IMG/VR virus record: IMGVR_UViG_3300033067_000811
Location: 1-42,167 of that record
Direction: 5' to 3' (one strand)
DNA length: 42,167 bases
Origin: a virus
Taxonomy: Duplodnaviria; Caudoviricetes
Position numbers and translations under genes: made by a program. Positions 34,732 to 42,167 of the stretch are shown piece by piece. The notes beneath the pieces are model-generated. The model was not told the DNA's origin and ran no database searches. It saw only the letters and a list, made by a program, of their open reading frames with translations. Position 1 is the stretch's first letter, and each line of letters starts with the position of its first letter.

Positions 34732-36030
34732 TCACGAGCCGAATTCGATCAGCTTGATGGCCTCGAAATTCACCACGTCGCCGCCCACGCGCTTTGTCGT
34801 GTAGAACTCGACATAGGGCTTGGTCGAGTAGGGATCGCGGAGCGTGCGGATGCCGATGCGGTCCACGATCTGGTAGGCTTCGCGCATGTCGGCCACCGCC
34901 ATCGAGAGCGAGTTGGCGGCCAGGGCCTCCATGTCCTCGAAAGCCGCGACCGGGTAGCCGAGGAGCGTTGCCGGCTGGCCGGCCTGGCTCGACGGCTGCC
35001 ACTGGTACTGTCCGTCAGAGTCCTTGAGCTTGCGCGCAAGGGCGGTGACGGCGCGGGACATGAACCATGTGGCGTTGGCACGATAGGGCGCCTTGAGCGC
35101 ATAGAGCGCATCGATCACCTTGTCGAGGCCGTTGGGGTTGGTGGCGAAGGCCGACGAGGTGCCGGTCTTGACGCGCTCGATGGTGCCGGGGTTGGTCGTG
35201 CCCGAGGCGTAGGTGAGGAAGCCGCGGGGCTTGTTGACGCCGTTGCCCGACACGAAAGCGGCGCTCTCGTCCCTGGCGAACTTCTCGGCCACCTTGGAGG
35301 CGAGCCACGCCTCCATGTTGATCGAGGCATCATCGAGGAGCTTCTGCGTTGCCTTGGGCTTCGCATAAAGCTCGTGCACCGGGATGCGCCACTTGCCGAT
35401 CTGCGGCGTGCTGGTGTCGGAGCGCGATTCCGTCTCGCCCACCCAGCCCGAGGAAGCCTCGTTGAGGTCATAGAGACCTTCAAGCGCGTCCGTCGAGATC
35501 ACCTGGATCGAGGCGTAGGCGCGCATCGGGGAGGTCTCGAAAACCTTCTGGACGATGCGGCCCGTCATGTCGGGATTGACCACATAGCCGCCATCGGGAT
35601 CGGAGCCGACGGAAAGCGCCTTGCGCTCCTCGGGGCCCATGACCTCCTCGCCCTTGCGCATGAACGTGTCGAACGCGCGCTTGTAGGCGTCGAGGTCGGA
35701 GGCGCCATAGGTGCCGGCGAAGGGAACGCCGCGGCGCCGCGAGTTGGCCTCCGCCCATTCCTGGGCCTTGGCGTCGAGGTCGATCTTGTCGCCCTTCTCG
35801 TCGGTGACGATGCGATTCTGCCGCTTGGCGGCGAGCACCGCCTCGTTGGCGATCGCCTGTGCCTTTTCGAGGTCGGCCTCGATCTTGGCGATCTTGGCCT
35901 CGGTCACGGTGTCGGCCGCGCCCTTCTTTTCGATCTGCGCAAGGCGCTCGTCATTGGCCTTCTTGAATTCATCGAAACCCCTGTTGAGGGTGTCGATCGC
36001 TTCCGAGACCTTCTTGGTTTCGTCAGACAT
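34732..36030 (-). CDS. Major capsid protein, HK97 family
   Basis: N-terminal coiled delta domain, DGGYVV, WVGE, LLDDA, FVSGNGVNKPRG, LLGYPV, RVGG. Confidence 0.95.
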   Translation of the reverse strand: MSDETKKVSEAIDTLNRGFDEFKKANDERLAQIEKKGAADTVTEAKIAKIEADLEKAQAIANEAVLAAKRQNRIVTDEKGDKIDLDAKAQEWAEANSRRRGVPFAGTYGASDLDAYKRAFDTFMRKGEEVMGPEERKALSVGSDPDGGYVVNPDMTGRIVQKVFETSPMRAYASIQVISTDALEGLYDLNEASSGWVGETESRSDTSTPQIGKWRIPVHELYAKPKATQKLLDDASINMEAWLASKVAEKFARDESAAFVSGNGVNKPRGFLTYASGTTNPGTIERVKTGTSSAFATNPNGLDKVIDALYALKAPYRANATWFMSRAVTALARKLKDSDGQYQWQPSSQAGQPATLLGYPVAAFEDMEALAANSLSMAVADMREAYQIVDRIGIRTLRDPYSTKPYVEFYTTKRVGGDVVNFEAIKLIEFGS

Positions 36031-36742
36031 GGATTTTATCCTTGAGAGAGTGGAGCTTTGAGAGGATGGCATCGAGGCCATCGGTTGGGGGCGCATCCTC
36101 GCCGGCATCCCGCCGTTTCGTGAGGCCCTTGAAGCCGTGCAGCGTGATCGCCGTGGCCTCGCTCTTGCTGTATCCTGCATCGCGCAGGAACCGCTCGAAT
36201 TCGCGCTCCGAGGTGATCGCCTTAACGTCCGTCACCTTGGCATCGGGAAGCATCGGGAAGGTCACGAGGGAAATCTCGTAGAGGTCCACCTCCAAGAGCT
36301 TCCGCACCCCCCGGTTGGATTCATCGGCCGCGGCCTCCACGGTGCGATAGCCGATCGACATCGAATCGATGGCACCCGCCTTGAGGAGCGCCAGCGCCTC
36401 GCGCCCGAGCGTCACCTCGGGGAGGAGCCGGCCCTTGACGAAAAGGCCGCGGTCATCCTCGCGCACCTCCTCCCAAACGCCGATCGGCTGGCCCATGTCG
36501 TGCTGCCAGAGCATCTTGGGCTTGCGCTTGGCGAGGGATTTAACGAAAGCCCCGCGCGCCACCGAGTCCTGGCCGAGATCGACCACATCGAACACCGAGG
36601 CGTAGCCCTCGAAAACCCCGTCCTCGCCCGGCGCTGCCTTGAGCGCGAGCGGAAGGGCCTTGAAATCGATGTGCTGCGATTGCTCCGCGTCCTTGCGGGC
36701 AAGGCGGAACAGGTTGCGAGCGTGCGAGGCGGCCGTGTTCAT
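36023..36742 (-). CDS. HK97-family prohead protease
   Basis: FEGYASVF, MLWQHD..PIG, MSIGY, LYEISLVTFP. Confidence 0.95.
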   Translation of the reverse strand: MNTAASHARNLFRLARKDAEQSQHIDFKALPLALKAAPGEDGVFEGYASVFDVVDLGQDSVARGAFVKSLAKRKPKMLWQHDMGQPIGVWEEVREDDRGLFVKGRLLPEVTLGREALALLKAGAIDSMSIGYRTVEAAADESNRGVRKLLEVDLYEISLVTFPMLPDAKVTDVKAITSEREFERFLRDAGYSKSEATAITLHGFKGLTKRRDAGEDAPPTDGLDAILSKLHSLKDKIHV

Positions 36743-36748
36743 GGGCTG

Positions 36749-36777
36749 ACTATACACCCCATTACACTAAGCAACAA
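36749..36777 (-). promoter_or_regulatory. Putative promoter for protease-capsid genes, probably leaderless
   Basis: Minus strand TTGTTG-N17-TATAGT ends 6 nt before ATG 36742. No SD. Confidence 0.5.
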
Positions 36778-36854
36778 CGCCCCATGCTTTGCTTATCGCG
36801 CTCAAATATGCGCCATCAGCGGTGTTTCACGTGCAACATTGCTCAATATTGCGC

Positions 36855-37025
36855 CTAGTTACATCGCTTCACATTCGACGAGTGAATGCGAATGGCGCGG
36901 TTCAGCACCAACTCCAATTTGGCTGGATCTGGAGTGCCGCCCAATCGCACGTAGGCCCGCATCGCCGGCACATAGAGCCAGCGCCACCACCAAGCGATGG
37001 AGAATGTGATGTGCGATTTCGCCAT
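36855..37025 (-). CDS. Small Trp-rich protein (56 aa, not in ORF track)
   Basis: MAKSHITFSIAWWWRWLYVPAMRAYVRLGGTPDPAKL starts 2 nt after the gp7-like stop. Confidence 0.55.
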   Translation of the reverse strand: MAKSHITFSIAWWWRWLYVPAMRAYVRLGGTPDPAKLELVLNRAIRIHSSNVKRCN

Positions 37026-37027
37026 GA

Positions 37028-37798
37028 TCAATCGAGCCCGTCATCCACGATATAGCCCAAGGTGCACCGGCAGTTTATTACAAGCTCGGGAGGCCCTGCC
37101 GGATCGCCGGGGAACATCAATGGCGCGCCTCCCACGAGGAAAGGCTCATCCATCCCCACGATCTGCCCATTGGCCTCCCGGTGGGTGTCGCGGGTGCGCT
37201 CGTCGGAGGCCGCCAGCCACTCGCGGCGAAGCGGAAGGCCAAGCTCGCGGGCCGCCTCATTGCTTCCATAGTTGGCCGCGCCATGGGTTTCGGTGCGCGC
37301 GATGACCTCCGCCCGCATCCTCGAAATCTCATCCACCACGTCAAAGATGGTGCGCGCGATCTCCGCCACGCCCATTCCGTCCTCGTAGCCCCTGGCCACC
37401 GCGTTGACGATTTGGCCTCGGGTGGTCTCGGCCACGTTCACGATCCGCCGGCGCACCACCTCGCGGTGCACGTAGCGCATGGCGATGCGGTGCATGGTGT
37501 TGGCGAAGTCCTTGCGCTCGATGACGAGCCCCGCGTGCTTGCCCTGCCCAAGGATGCGCGCGCCGAACGCCGAGACGGCGGCCATGGCCATCTGCTGATA
37601 GGTGGCCTCAAGGCGGCCGATGAATGCGGGCGGTGTCACCACGGCGTGGGTATGCTGCCAAGCCTCGATCATTTCCCGCATGGCGGCGGCGATCTCCGCC
37701 TTGAGGCGCCCGCGGAACTGCCGCGCAAGCTGGTCTAGGATGCGCTCCTGTCGCCGGGCTTCGCGCGCCCGGTTGCGATCAAGAAGCGCCCGCGCCAT
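37028..37798 (-). CDS. SPP1 gp7 / Mu F-like head morphogenesis protein
   Basis: RAEVIARTE, W....DERTR.TH..ANGQ, FPGDP....INCRC. Confidence 0.92.
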   Translation of the reverse strand: MARALLDRNRAREARRQERILDQLARQFRGRLKAEIAAAMREMIEAWQHTHAVVTPPAFIGRLEATYQQMAMAAVSAFGARILGQGKHAGLVIERKDFANTMHRIAMRYVHREVVRRRIVNVAETTRGQIVNAVARGYEDGMGVAEIARTIFDVVDEISRMRAEVIARTETHGAANYGSNEAARELGLPLRREWLAASDERTRDTHREANGQIVGMDEPFLVGGAPLMFPGDPAGPPELVINCRCTLGYIVDDGLD

Positions 37799-39056
37799 AG
37801 GCAAGCGCCTTCACCGTGGCGGGGTCGAGCGGTTGCGCGGCGGGATCGGGCGGCATGGCGGCCTCGGAAAGCGGAATCTGCGAGGAGGCCACGAGCACCA
37901 CGTCGCCGCCCTCGATGGGCCCATAGCCCTTTAGCTCGCGGCGCTCGTTGATGGTGAGGTCGGTGGAGGCGTTGGCCATTTCCCACATCTTGAGGCGCTT
38001 CTCGGCAATCGCCGGGATGGTGTCCACGTCGGGCTTGATCTCGACCTTGAAGGGCCCGGCCAGCCATGAATTCCAGTCAGTGAGGATCATGCCGAGCAAG
38101 GGGAGGATCGAATCCTCCCAAAACGCGAGCCGGGCCTCGGCGTAGTTGGAGAACGTGTTGTCACCCTTGATGCCGAGCATGAGCGGCGGCACTCCGAAGG
38201 CGAGCGCGATGTCGCGGGCGGAGGCGTATTTCGTCTCGAGGATGCCCATGTCGGTGGGGGAAAGCCCCATCTGCACCCAATCGAGGCCACCCTCCAAGAG
38301 CATCGGCCGGCCGGCATTGGTCGAGCCCTGGTATTGCTCCTCGACCTGTGCCTTGAGGCGGTTGAACTGTTCCGGGGCGAGCGTGCCGCCGTCCTTCACC
38401 GTGAGGGCGCCCGAGGGGCGTGCGCTGTTCTGCAATAGCGCCTGCATCCATTTCATCGACTCGGTGTTCTGGTCGATCGCGTAGGCCCCGGCCTCGATCG
38501 GGCTCATGCCATACCAATCGTGGAGCGGGTTGAACATCTTGATGTGGCGCACATCGCACGCCAGCGTGCGGGGCTCCACCGGGAACGTCACCGAATTCTG
38601 GTTGACGGTGTAGACATAGGCGGCCGGCACCCCGTTATTGCTCGGGGTGATCTTCATGCGGTCGGGGCGTAGCTGGTAAAGCTCGCGCGCCGTGCCTCCC
38701 ACCGTGACGCGCTCCTCGTAGCCGTTGCCGGCGAGAAGCAGGAACCCCACCTTGGCGCGCATGTAATCGCCATAGGACTGCAACGGATTGGGGCGGGCGA
38801 GAAGGGCCGCGAGCGGGTGGTCGGTCAATTCCGTGTCGCCCCGGTAAATCCCGAGCTTCACCGAGGCCACCGCATCCGCGATCCTGTTAATGCACTGGTA
38901 GGCCACCACGTTCTTTTGGTAGGCTTCGCGCGAGAATGCCTCGTAGTTGCGAGGGCTCCACACGGGCTGACCGGGTGACACGACGAGCGCCGAGGCGGCG
39001 CGGCTGGCCTTGCTTTCCGGTGCCGGCGAGCGGCGGAAGCGGTCAAGGAAACCCAT
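37779..39056 (-). CDS. Portal protein, HK97 family
   Basis: HPL..LL.RPNP, GN.Y, YGMSP, NSARPSG, IA.AFGVPP, TINE.R. Confidence 0.95.
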   Translation of the reverse strand: MGFLDRFRRSPAPESKASRAASALVVSPGQPVWSPRNYEAFSREAYQKNVVAYQCINRIADAVASVKLGIYRGDTELTDHPLAALLARPNPLQSYGDYMRAKVGFLLLAGNGYEERVTVGGTARELYQLRPDRMKITPSNNGVPAAYVYTVNQNSVTFPVEPRTLACDVRHIKMFNPLHDWYGMSPIEAGAYAIDQNTESMKWMQALLQNSARPSGALTVKDGGTLAPEQFNRLKAQVEEQYQGSTNAGRPMLLEGGLDWVQMGLSPTDMGILETKYASARDIALAFGVPPLMLGIKGDNTFSNYAEARLAFWEDSILPLLGMILTDWNSWLAGPFKVEIKPDVDTIPAIAEKRLKMWEMANASTDLTINERRELKGYGPIEGGDVVLVASSQIPLSEAAMPPDPAAQPLDPATVKALAYGAGAS

Positions 39057-39065
39057 TAACTAACC

Positions 39066-40460
39066 TCACAAGGCCCGGATCGCGGGCGTGGCAGCGGGCG
39101 CGCTCAAGTCGGAAATGGCACTCATCGCGGCGTCGATCATATCATCATGCGCACCATTCGGGAACACCGAAGCCTCGGCCAGGAAGTCGCTAAGTTGCGC
39201 TAAATTGCGCATAAGTATCACATTTCCGCTCTGCACATAGGGCGCGGCGTCCATGGCGCGCGTTACCTTGTCAATATTGCGCGTGATCGGAACGATGGGG
39301 ATTCCCTCGCGCTTGAGTTTCTGGATGAGCCCGGTGCCGCTCACCTTGTCCTCGACCTTGAAGGCGCGGAGCGTGCCCCGGTCCTGCACCGCAGCGTGTT
39401 TCTGCCAGAACGCGCGCGCCATGGTCTCAAGCTCGGGCGCCTCCCATTTCCCCCGCACCATGTCGAGGAGCACCGCTTGCCCGTCCACGGTGCGGCCCCA
39501 GCACTGGAACGTGGAATAATCGTTCTGTTCCTTGGTCTTTTGCGCGGTGTCGGCATAGATCACCCGGAAGGTGATCAGCGGCTCGACATCGAGGAAGCGC
39601 CACCACTCGTCTTTGAAGATGCCGCCGCCCAGGGGGGCGGGGCGCTGCATGTACTGGCCCGCGAACACATAGGGCGAGGTCGTTTCGAGCCGGTCGAGCA
39701 TCGCATCCGGGAATTTTTCCGGCCAGAATGAATGCCCGGCCTCGTCGCGGGCCGGGATGACCACATGCTCCCAATGCTCGCCGGTGCCGCCCTTCAAGAG
39801 CCACCCCGACAAATCCTCCTCGTGAAGGCGCTGCATGATGACGATGATGGGAGTTTCGGGCTTGTTGAGGCGCGATTGGATGGTGGTCTGATACCAGTCA
39901 ATGACGTTCTGGCGCATGACGGGCGAGGTCGCCTCGCCTGCCTTGTGGGGATCGTCAATGATGATGGCCCCGCCAAAGCCTTCCCGCACCTTGCCGGCGC
40001 CGAAGCCGGTTATGGTGCCATCGGCCCCCGTCGCATAGACGATGCCGCCGGCGGTGGTGCGGAACTCGTCTTTGGCCTTGGAGTCATCCTGTAGCCCCAC
40101 CCACGGGAACAGTTGGCCATAGGTCTCGTGCTGCATGATGGCGCGCACGTCATAGGCGTTGGCGGTGGCGAGGCGCTTGGAATAGCTGGCATGGATGAAC
40201 TCGGAATCGGGCTCAAGCCCCATCGTCCACGCCATGAATGCCTTGACGGCTAGTTCGGTCTTGCCCGAGCGGGGCGGCACGTTGATGATCACCCGCGGGA
40301 GGCGGCCGAGATAGACGCGCTCCAACACCTCGCATATGCGCTCCTGGTGCCAGTTCTCGAGCATTGCCACCTTGCGGCGGGCGTGAAAGGTGGTGCGCGC
40401 AAAATTGTAGAGCCGCCCCACCGATCCCGCGATTTCATGGGCGCTGAGACGACTTGTCAT
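39066..40460 (-). CDS. terL: Terminase large subunit
   Basis: Walker A PPRSGKT, Walker B IIIDDP, MQRLHEED, QYMQ.P, nuclease HDDMIDA. Confidence 0.95.
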   Translation of the reverse strand: MTSRLSAHEIAGSVGRLYNFARTTFHARRKVAMLENWHQERICEVLERVYLGRLPRVIINVPPRSGKTELAVKAFMAWTMGLEPDSEFIHASYSKRLATANAYDVRAIMQHETYGQLFPWVGLQDDSKAKDEFRTTAGGIVYATGADGTITGFGAGKVREGFGGAIIIDDPHKAGEATSPVMRQNVIDWYQTTIQSRLNKPETPIIVIMQRLHEEDLSGWLLKGGTGEHWEHVVIPARDEAGHSFWPEKFPDAMLDRLETTSPYVFAGQYMQRPAPLGGGIFKDEWWRFLDVEPLITFRVIYADTAQKTKEQNDYSTFQCWGRTVDGQAVLLDMVRGKWEAPELETMARAFWQKHAAVQDRGTLRAFKVEDKVSGTGLIQKLKREGIPIVPITRNIDKVTRAMDAAPYVQSGNVILMRNLAQLSDFLAEASVFPNGAHDDMIDAAMSAISDLSAPAATPAIRAL

Positions 40461-40848
40461 CGTGGAGTTTCGAGAGTGCCTTGATCACCTCGGCCTGGAC
40501 TGGCTCCCGCTGCAATGAGCCGTCCTCATTGGAAATGTCTACGGTTTCCTTCCACCGGGCTCGCGTCTTGAGCCAGAAGATCATCGATGCAGTGTCTCCG
40601 CTCATCGCCTTTTTGTAGAGCGCGCCCCCCACATTGGCGTTTGCAATGTCCCGCGACTGAGTTAGCTCTTGCTCATAGTGAACCTTGAGGGTGTTGACGC
40701 AAATACCGATAATCCGGGCAATCGTCTCATGTTGAGTGCCCACCATGGCGTGGAGGCGCACTGTCTGACGGGTGGCATCGGTGGGTTTGTGGGGCGGTCG
40801 GCCCCCGAGATTCTTGCCATCCTTGCGCTTGGCCGTTTGCTTGCTCAT
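40435..40848 (-). CDS. terS: Terminase small subunit
   Basis: GRPPHKPT, HTH (IARIIGI...TL), GDTASMIFWLK.R..W. Directly upstream of terL. Confidence 0.85.
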   Translation of the reverse strand: MSKQTAKRKDGKNLGGRPPHKPTDATRQTVRLHAMVGTQHETIARIIGICVNTLKVHYEQELTQSRDIANANVGGALYKKAMSGDTASMIFWLKTRARWKETVDISNEDGSLQREPVQAEVIKALSKLHDDKSSQRP

Positions 40849-41900
40849 TTGGCAGCCTCCATTTCCGCGCGCTTGGCCGCGATCGCGTCGGTGTAGCTGC
40901 CTGCGCCGTCCGCTGCTGCGTCATAGCGCGCCGCGGATATGTCCTCAAATGTGCTGCCATCGCCCTCAAGAGTTGCCGCCCCGCCGGTGAATTCCTGCCA
41001 CCTCTTCACCGCCACATCGACATATTCGGGCGACAGTTCCATCGCGTAGACATGGCGCCCGGTCATTTCACCGGCAATGATAGTGGTACCCGAGCCGGAG
41101 AACGGCTCGTAGATCGCTTGTCCGGGGCTGCTGTTGTTCTCAATCGGCCGCTTCATGCACTCAACGGGCTTCTGCGTGCCATGGCCCGTCTCAGACTTCA
41201 TGGGCTTGTCGATCTTCCAGAGCGTCGTCTGCTTCCGGTCCCCAACGTAGTGCCCCGTCGCCTTCTCCCTGACAGCGTACCAGCAGGGCTCATGCATCCA
41301 GTGATAATCGCCCCGCCCGATGGCGAGGTGGTTCTTGGCCCAGATGATCTGCGAGCGCAGCTTGAAGCCGCACGCCGTGAGGCTGTCGGCCACGACGCCA
41401 GCGAACAGGCCAGCGTGCCACACATAGGCCACGTCGCCCGGGAACAGCGCCCATGCCTCACGCCAGTCGGCCTTGTCGTCGTTCAGAACCTTGCCGACCG
41501 CGCGGCCACCCGCCCCGGTCTTACCCTTCACCTCGCCCGTCACCGGGTCCACGGTGCCGTTGCGCCACGCCGGGTCGTAGTTCACGCCATAGGGCGGGTC
41601 GGTCACCATGAGGTGCGGTTTCACGCCGGCGAGGAGCGCATCGACATCCGAGGGCACCGTCGAATCCCCGCACCGGATGCGATGCTTGCCCAGGAGCCAC
41701 GTATCCCCTGGAGCCGTCACCGCCCGCGCCGGCGTTTCCGGCACTGCATCGGGGTTCGTCAGCCCTTGCGTCTTGTCGGCAAGAAGGGACTCGATCTCCC
41801 CCAGGTCAAAACCCGTCAATGCAAGGTCAAAATCAAGCCCTTGCAACTCCGCTAGCTCGACCGTGAGCATATCATTGTCCCACCCGGCATCGAGAGCCAT
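40845..41900 (-). CDS. N6A/N4C DNA methyltransferase catalytic part (beta class) of a ParB-MTase fusion
   Basis: TDPPYGV, HGTQKPVE, EPFSGSGTT. Begins at MALDAGWD, which normally follows ADNR in such fusions. Confidence 0.9.
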   Translation of the reverse strand: MALDAGWDNDMLTVELAELQGLDFDLALTGFDLGEIESLLADKTQGLTNPDAVPETPARAVTAPGDTWLLGKHRIRCGDSTVPSDVDALLAGVKPHLMVTDPPYGVNYDPAWRNGTVDPVTGEVKGKTGAGGRAVGKVLNDDKADWREAWALFPGDVAYVWHAGLFAGVVADSLTACGFKLRSQIIWAKNHLAIGRGDYHWMHEPCWYAVREKATGHYVGDRKQTTLWKIDKPMKSETGHGTQKPVECMKRPIENNSSPGQAIYEPFSGSGTTIIAGEMTGRHVYAMELSPEYVDVAVKRWQEFTGGAATLEGDGSTFEDISAARYDAAADGAGSYTDAIAAKRAEMEAAK

Positions 41901-42167
41901 CGCGGTTGTCCGCGATCACATAGGCGCGTTTCTGCGCCTCCGTGAGGTGGCTTGCCTCGATGCACGGCACCTCCTTGAGGCCGAGCTTGTGGGCGGCAAG
42001 CACGCGCCCGTGGCCTGCGACGATGCCATTCTTCCCATCCGTAACCACGGGATTGATGAAACCGAATTCGCGGATGGAGGAGGCGATCTTGGCAATCTGT
42101 GCCTCGGAATGGGTGCGGCTGTTCCGCGCGTACGGGATCAGGTCGGCTGTCGGTATTGGCTTATATT
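41872..42167 (-). pseudogene. ParB-like N-terminal domain of the MTase, disconnected by a 1-nt frameshift; start codon lies at 7-5 across the junction
   Basis: MLKYKPIPTADLIPYARNSRTHSEAQI...FGFINPV...AGHGR...AYVIADNR, then AAC CGC G ATG GCT CTC: one extra base at about 41901. Confidence 0.8.

Noticed and set aside
34639-36045. 468-aa plus-strand ORF (and similar long ORFs such as 17652-18776, 9012-9944, 4975-5883)
   Set aside because: Antisense to well-supported genes. Expected in high-GC DNA, with no recognisable motifs.
27909-40460. Gene transfer agent cluster
   Set aside because: The head/tail genes are of a related type, but integrase, attP, repressor, replication genes and circularity indicate a true temperate phage.
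1-42167. CtrA boxes (TTAA-N7-TTAA), expected given gcrA
   Set aside because: Only isolated TTAA half-sites were noticed by eye, with no full box. A PWM scan would be needed to exclude weak sites.

Overview
The window is, on internal evidence, the complete circular genome (42,167 bp, high GC) of a temperate, lambda-organised siphovirus of an alphaproteobacterial host. An ORF reads through the 42167/1 junction and attP is intact, so it is a free or excised genome, not an integrated prophage. Layout: (i) leftward early/replication operon, minus strand 33-6639: cro-like gene, adenine MTase, DGQHR/ParB-like protein, GcrA homolog, replication initiator with an internal ori-like region, large C5-cytosine MTase, XRE HTH. 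(ii) Immunity region: cI (HTH + S24), a degenerate S24-like ORF and a lipoprotein, bracketed by two near-identical inverted promoter/operator blocks. (iii) Rightward early operon 8139-17101: Gp157, Bet/RecT, HNH, GapR/DUF2312, xis, tyrosine integrase, attP matching the 3' half of tRNA-Val(GAC) with arm repeats and an IHF site. (iv) Minus-strand late operon: ParB-MTase (frameshifted), terminases, portal, gp7-like, protease, HK97 capsid, connectors, two paralogous tail tubes, chaperone with -1 frameshift, tape measure, baseplate, collagen-like and Gly-rich fibres, GT4 glycosyltransferase, GH19 endolysin and holins. Best leads: a candidate virion-glycosylation system (GT4 beside a Thr-rich GXT collagen fibre, plus a Maf/sialyltransferase-like protein among the head genes); a second protein nested in another frame of the C5-MTase (M.EcoHK31I-beta-like); a dispersed GC(G/T)CA-N4-TGCGC palindrome distinct from the cI operators; and a structured RNA with competing stems downstream of cro. 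All product calls come from motif recognition by eye; no database search was run.
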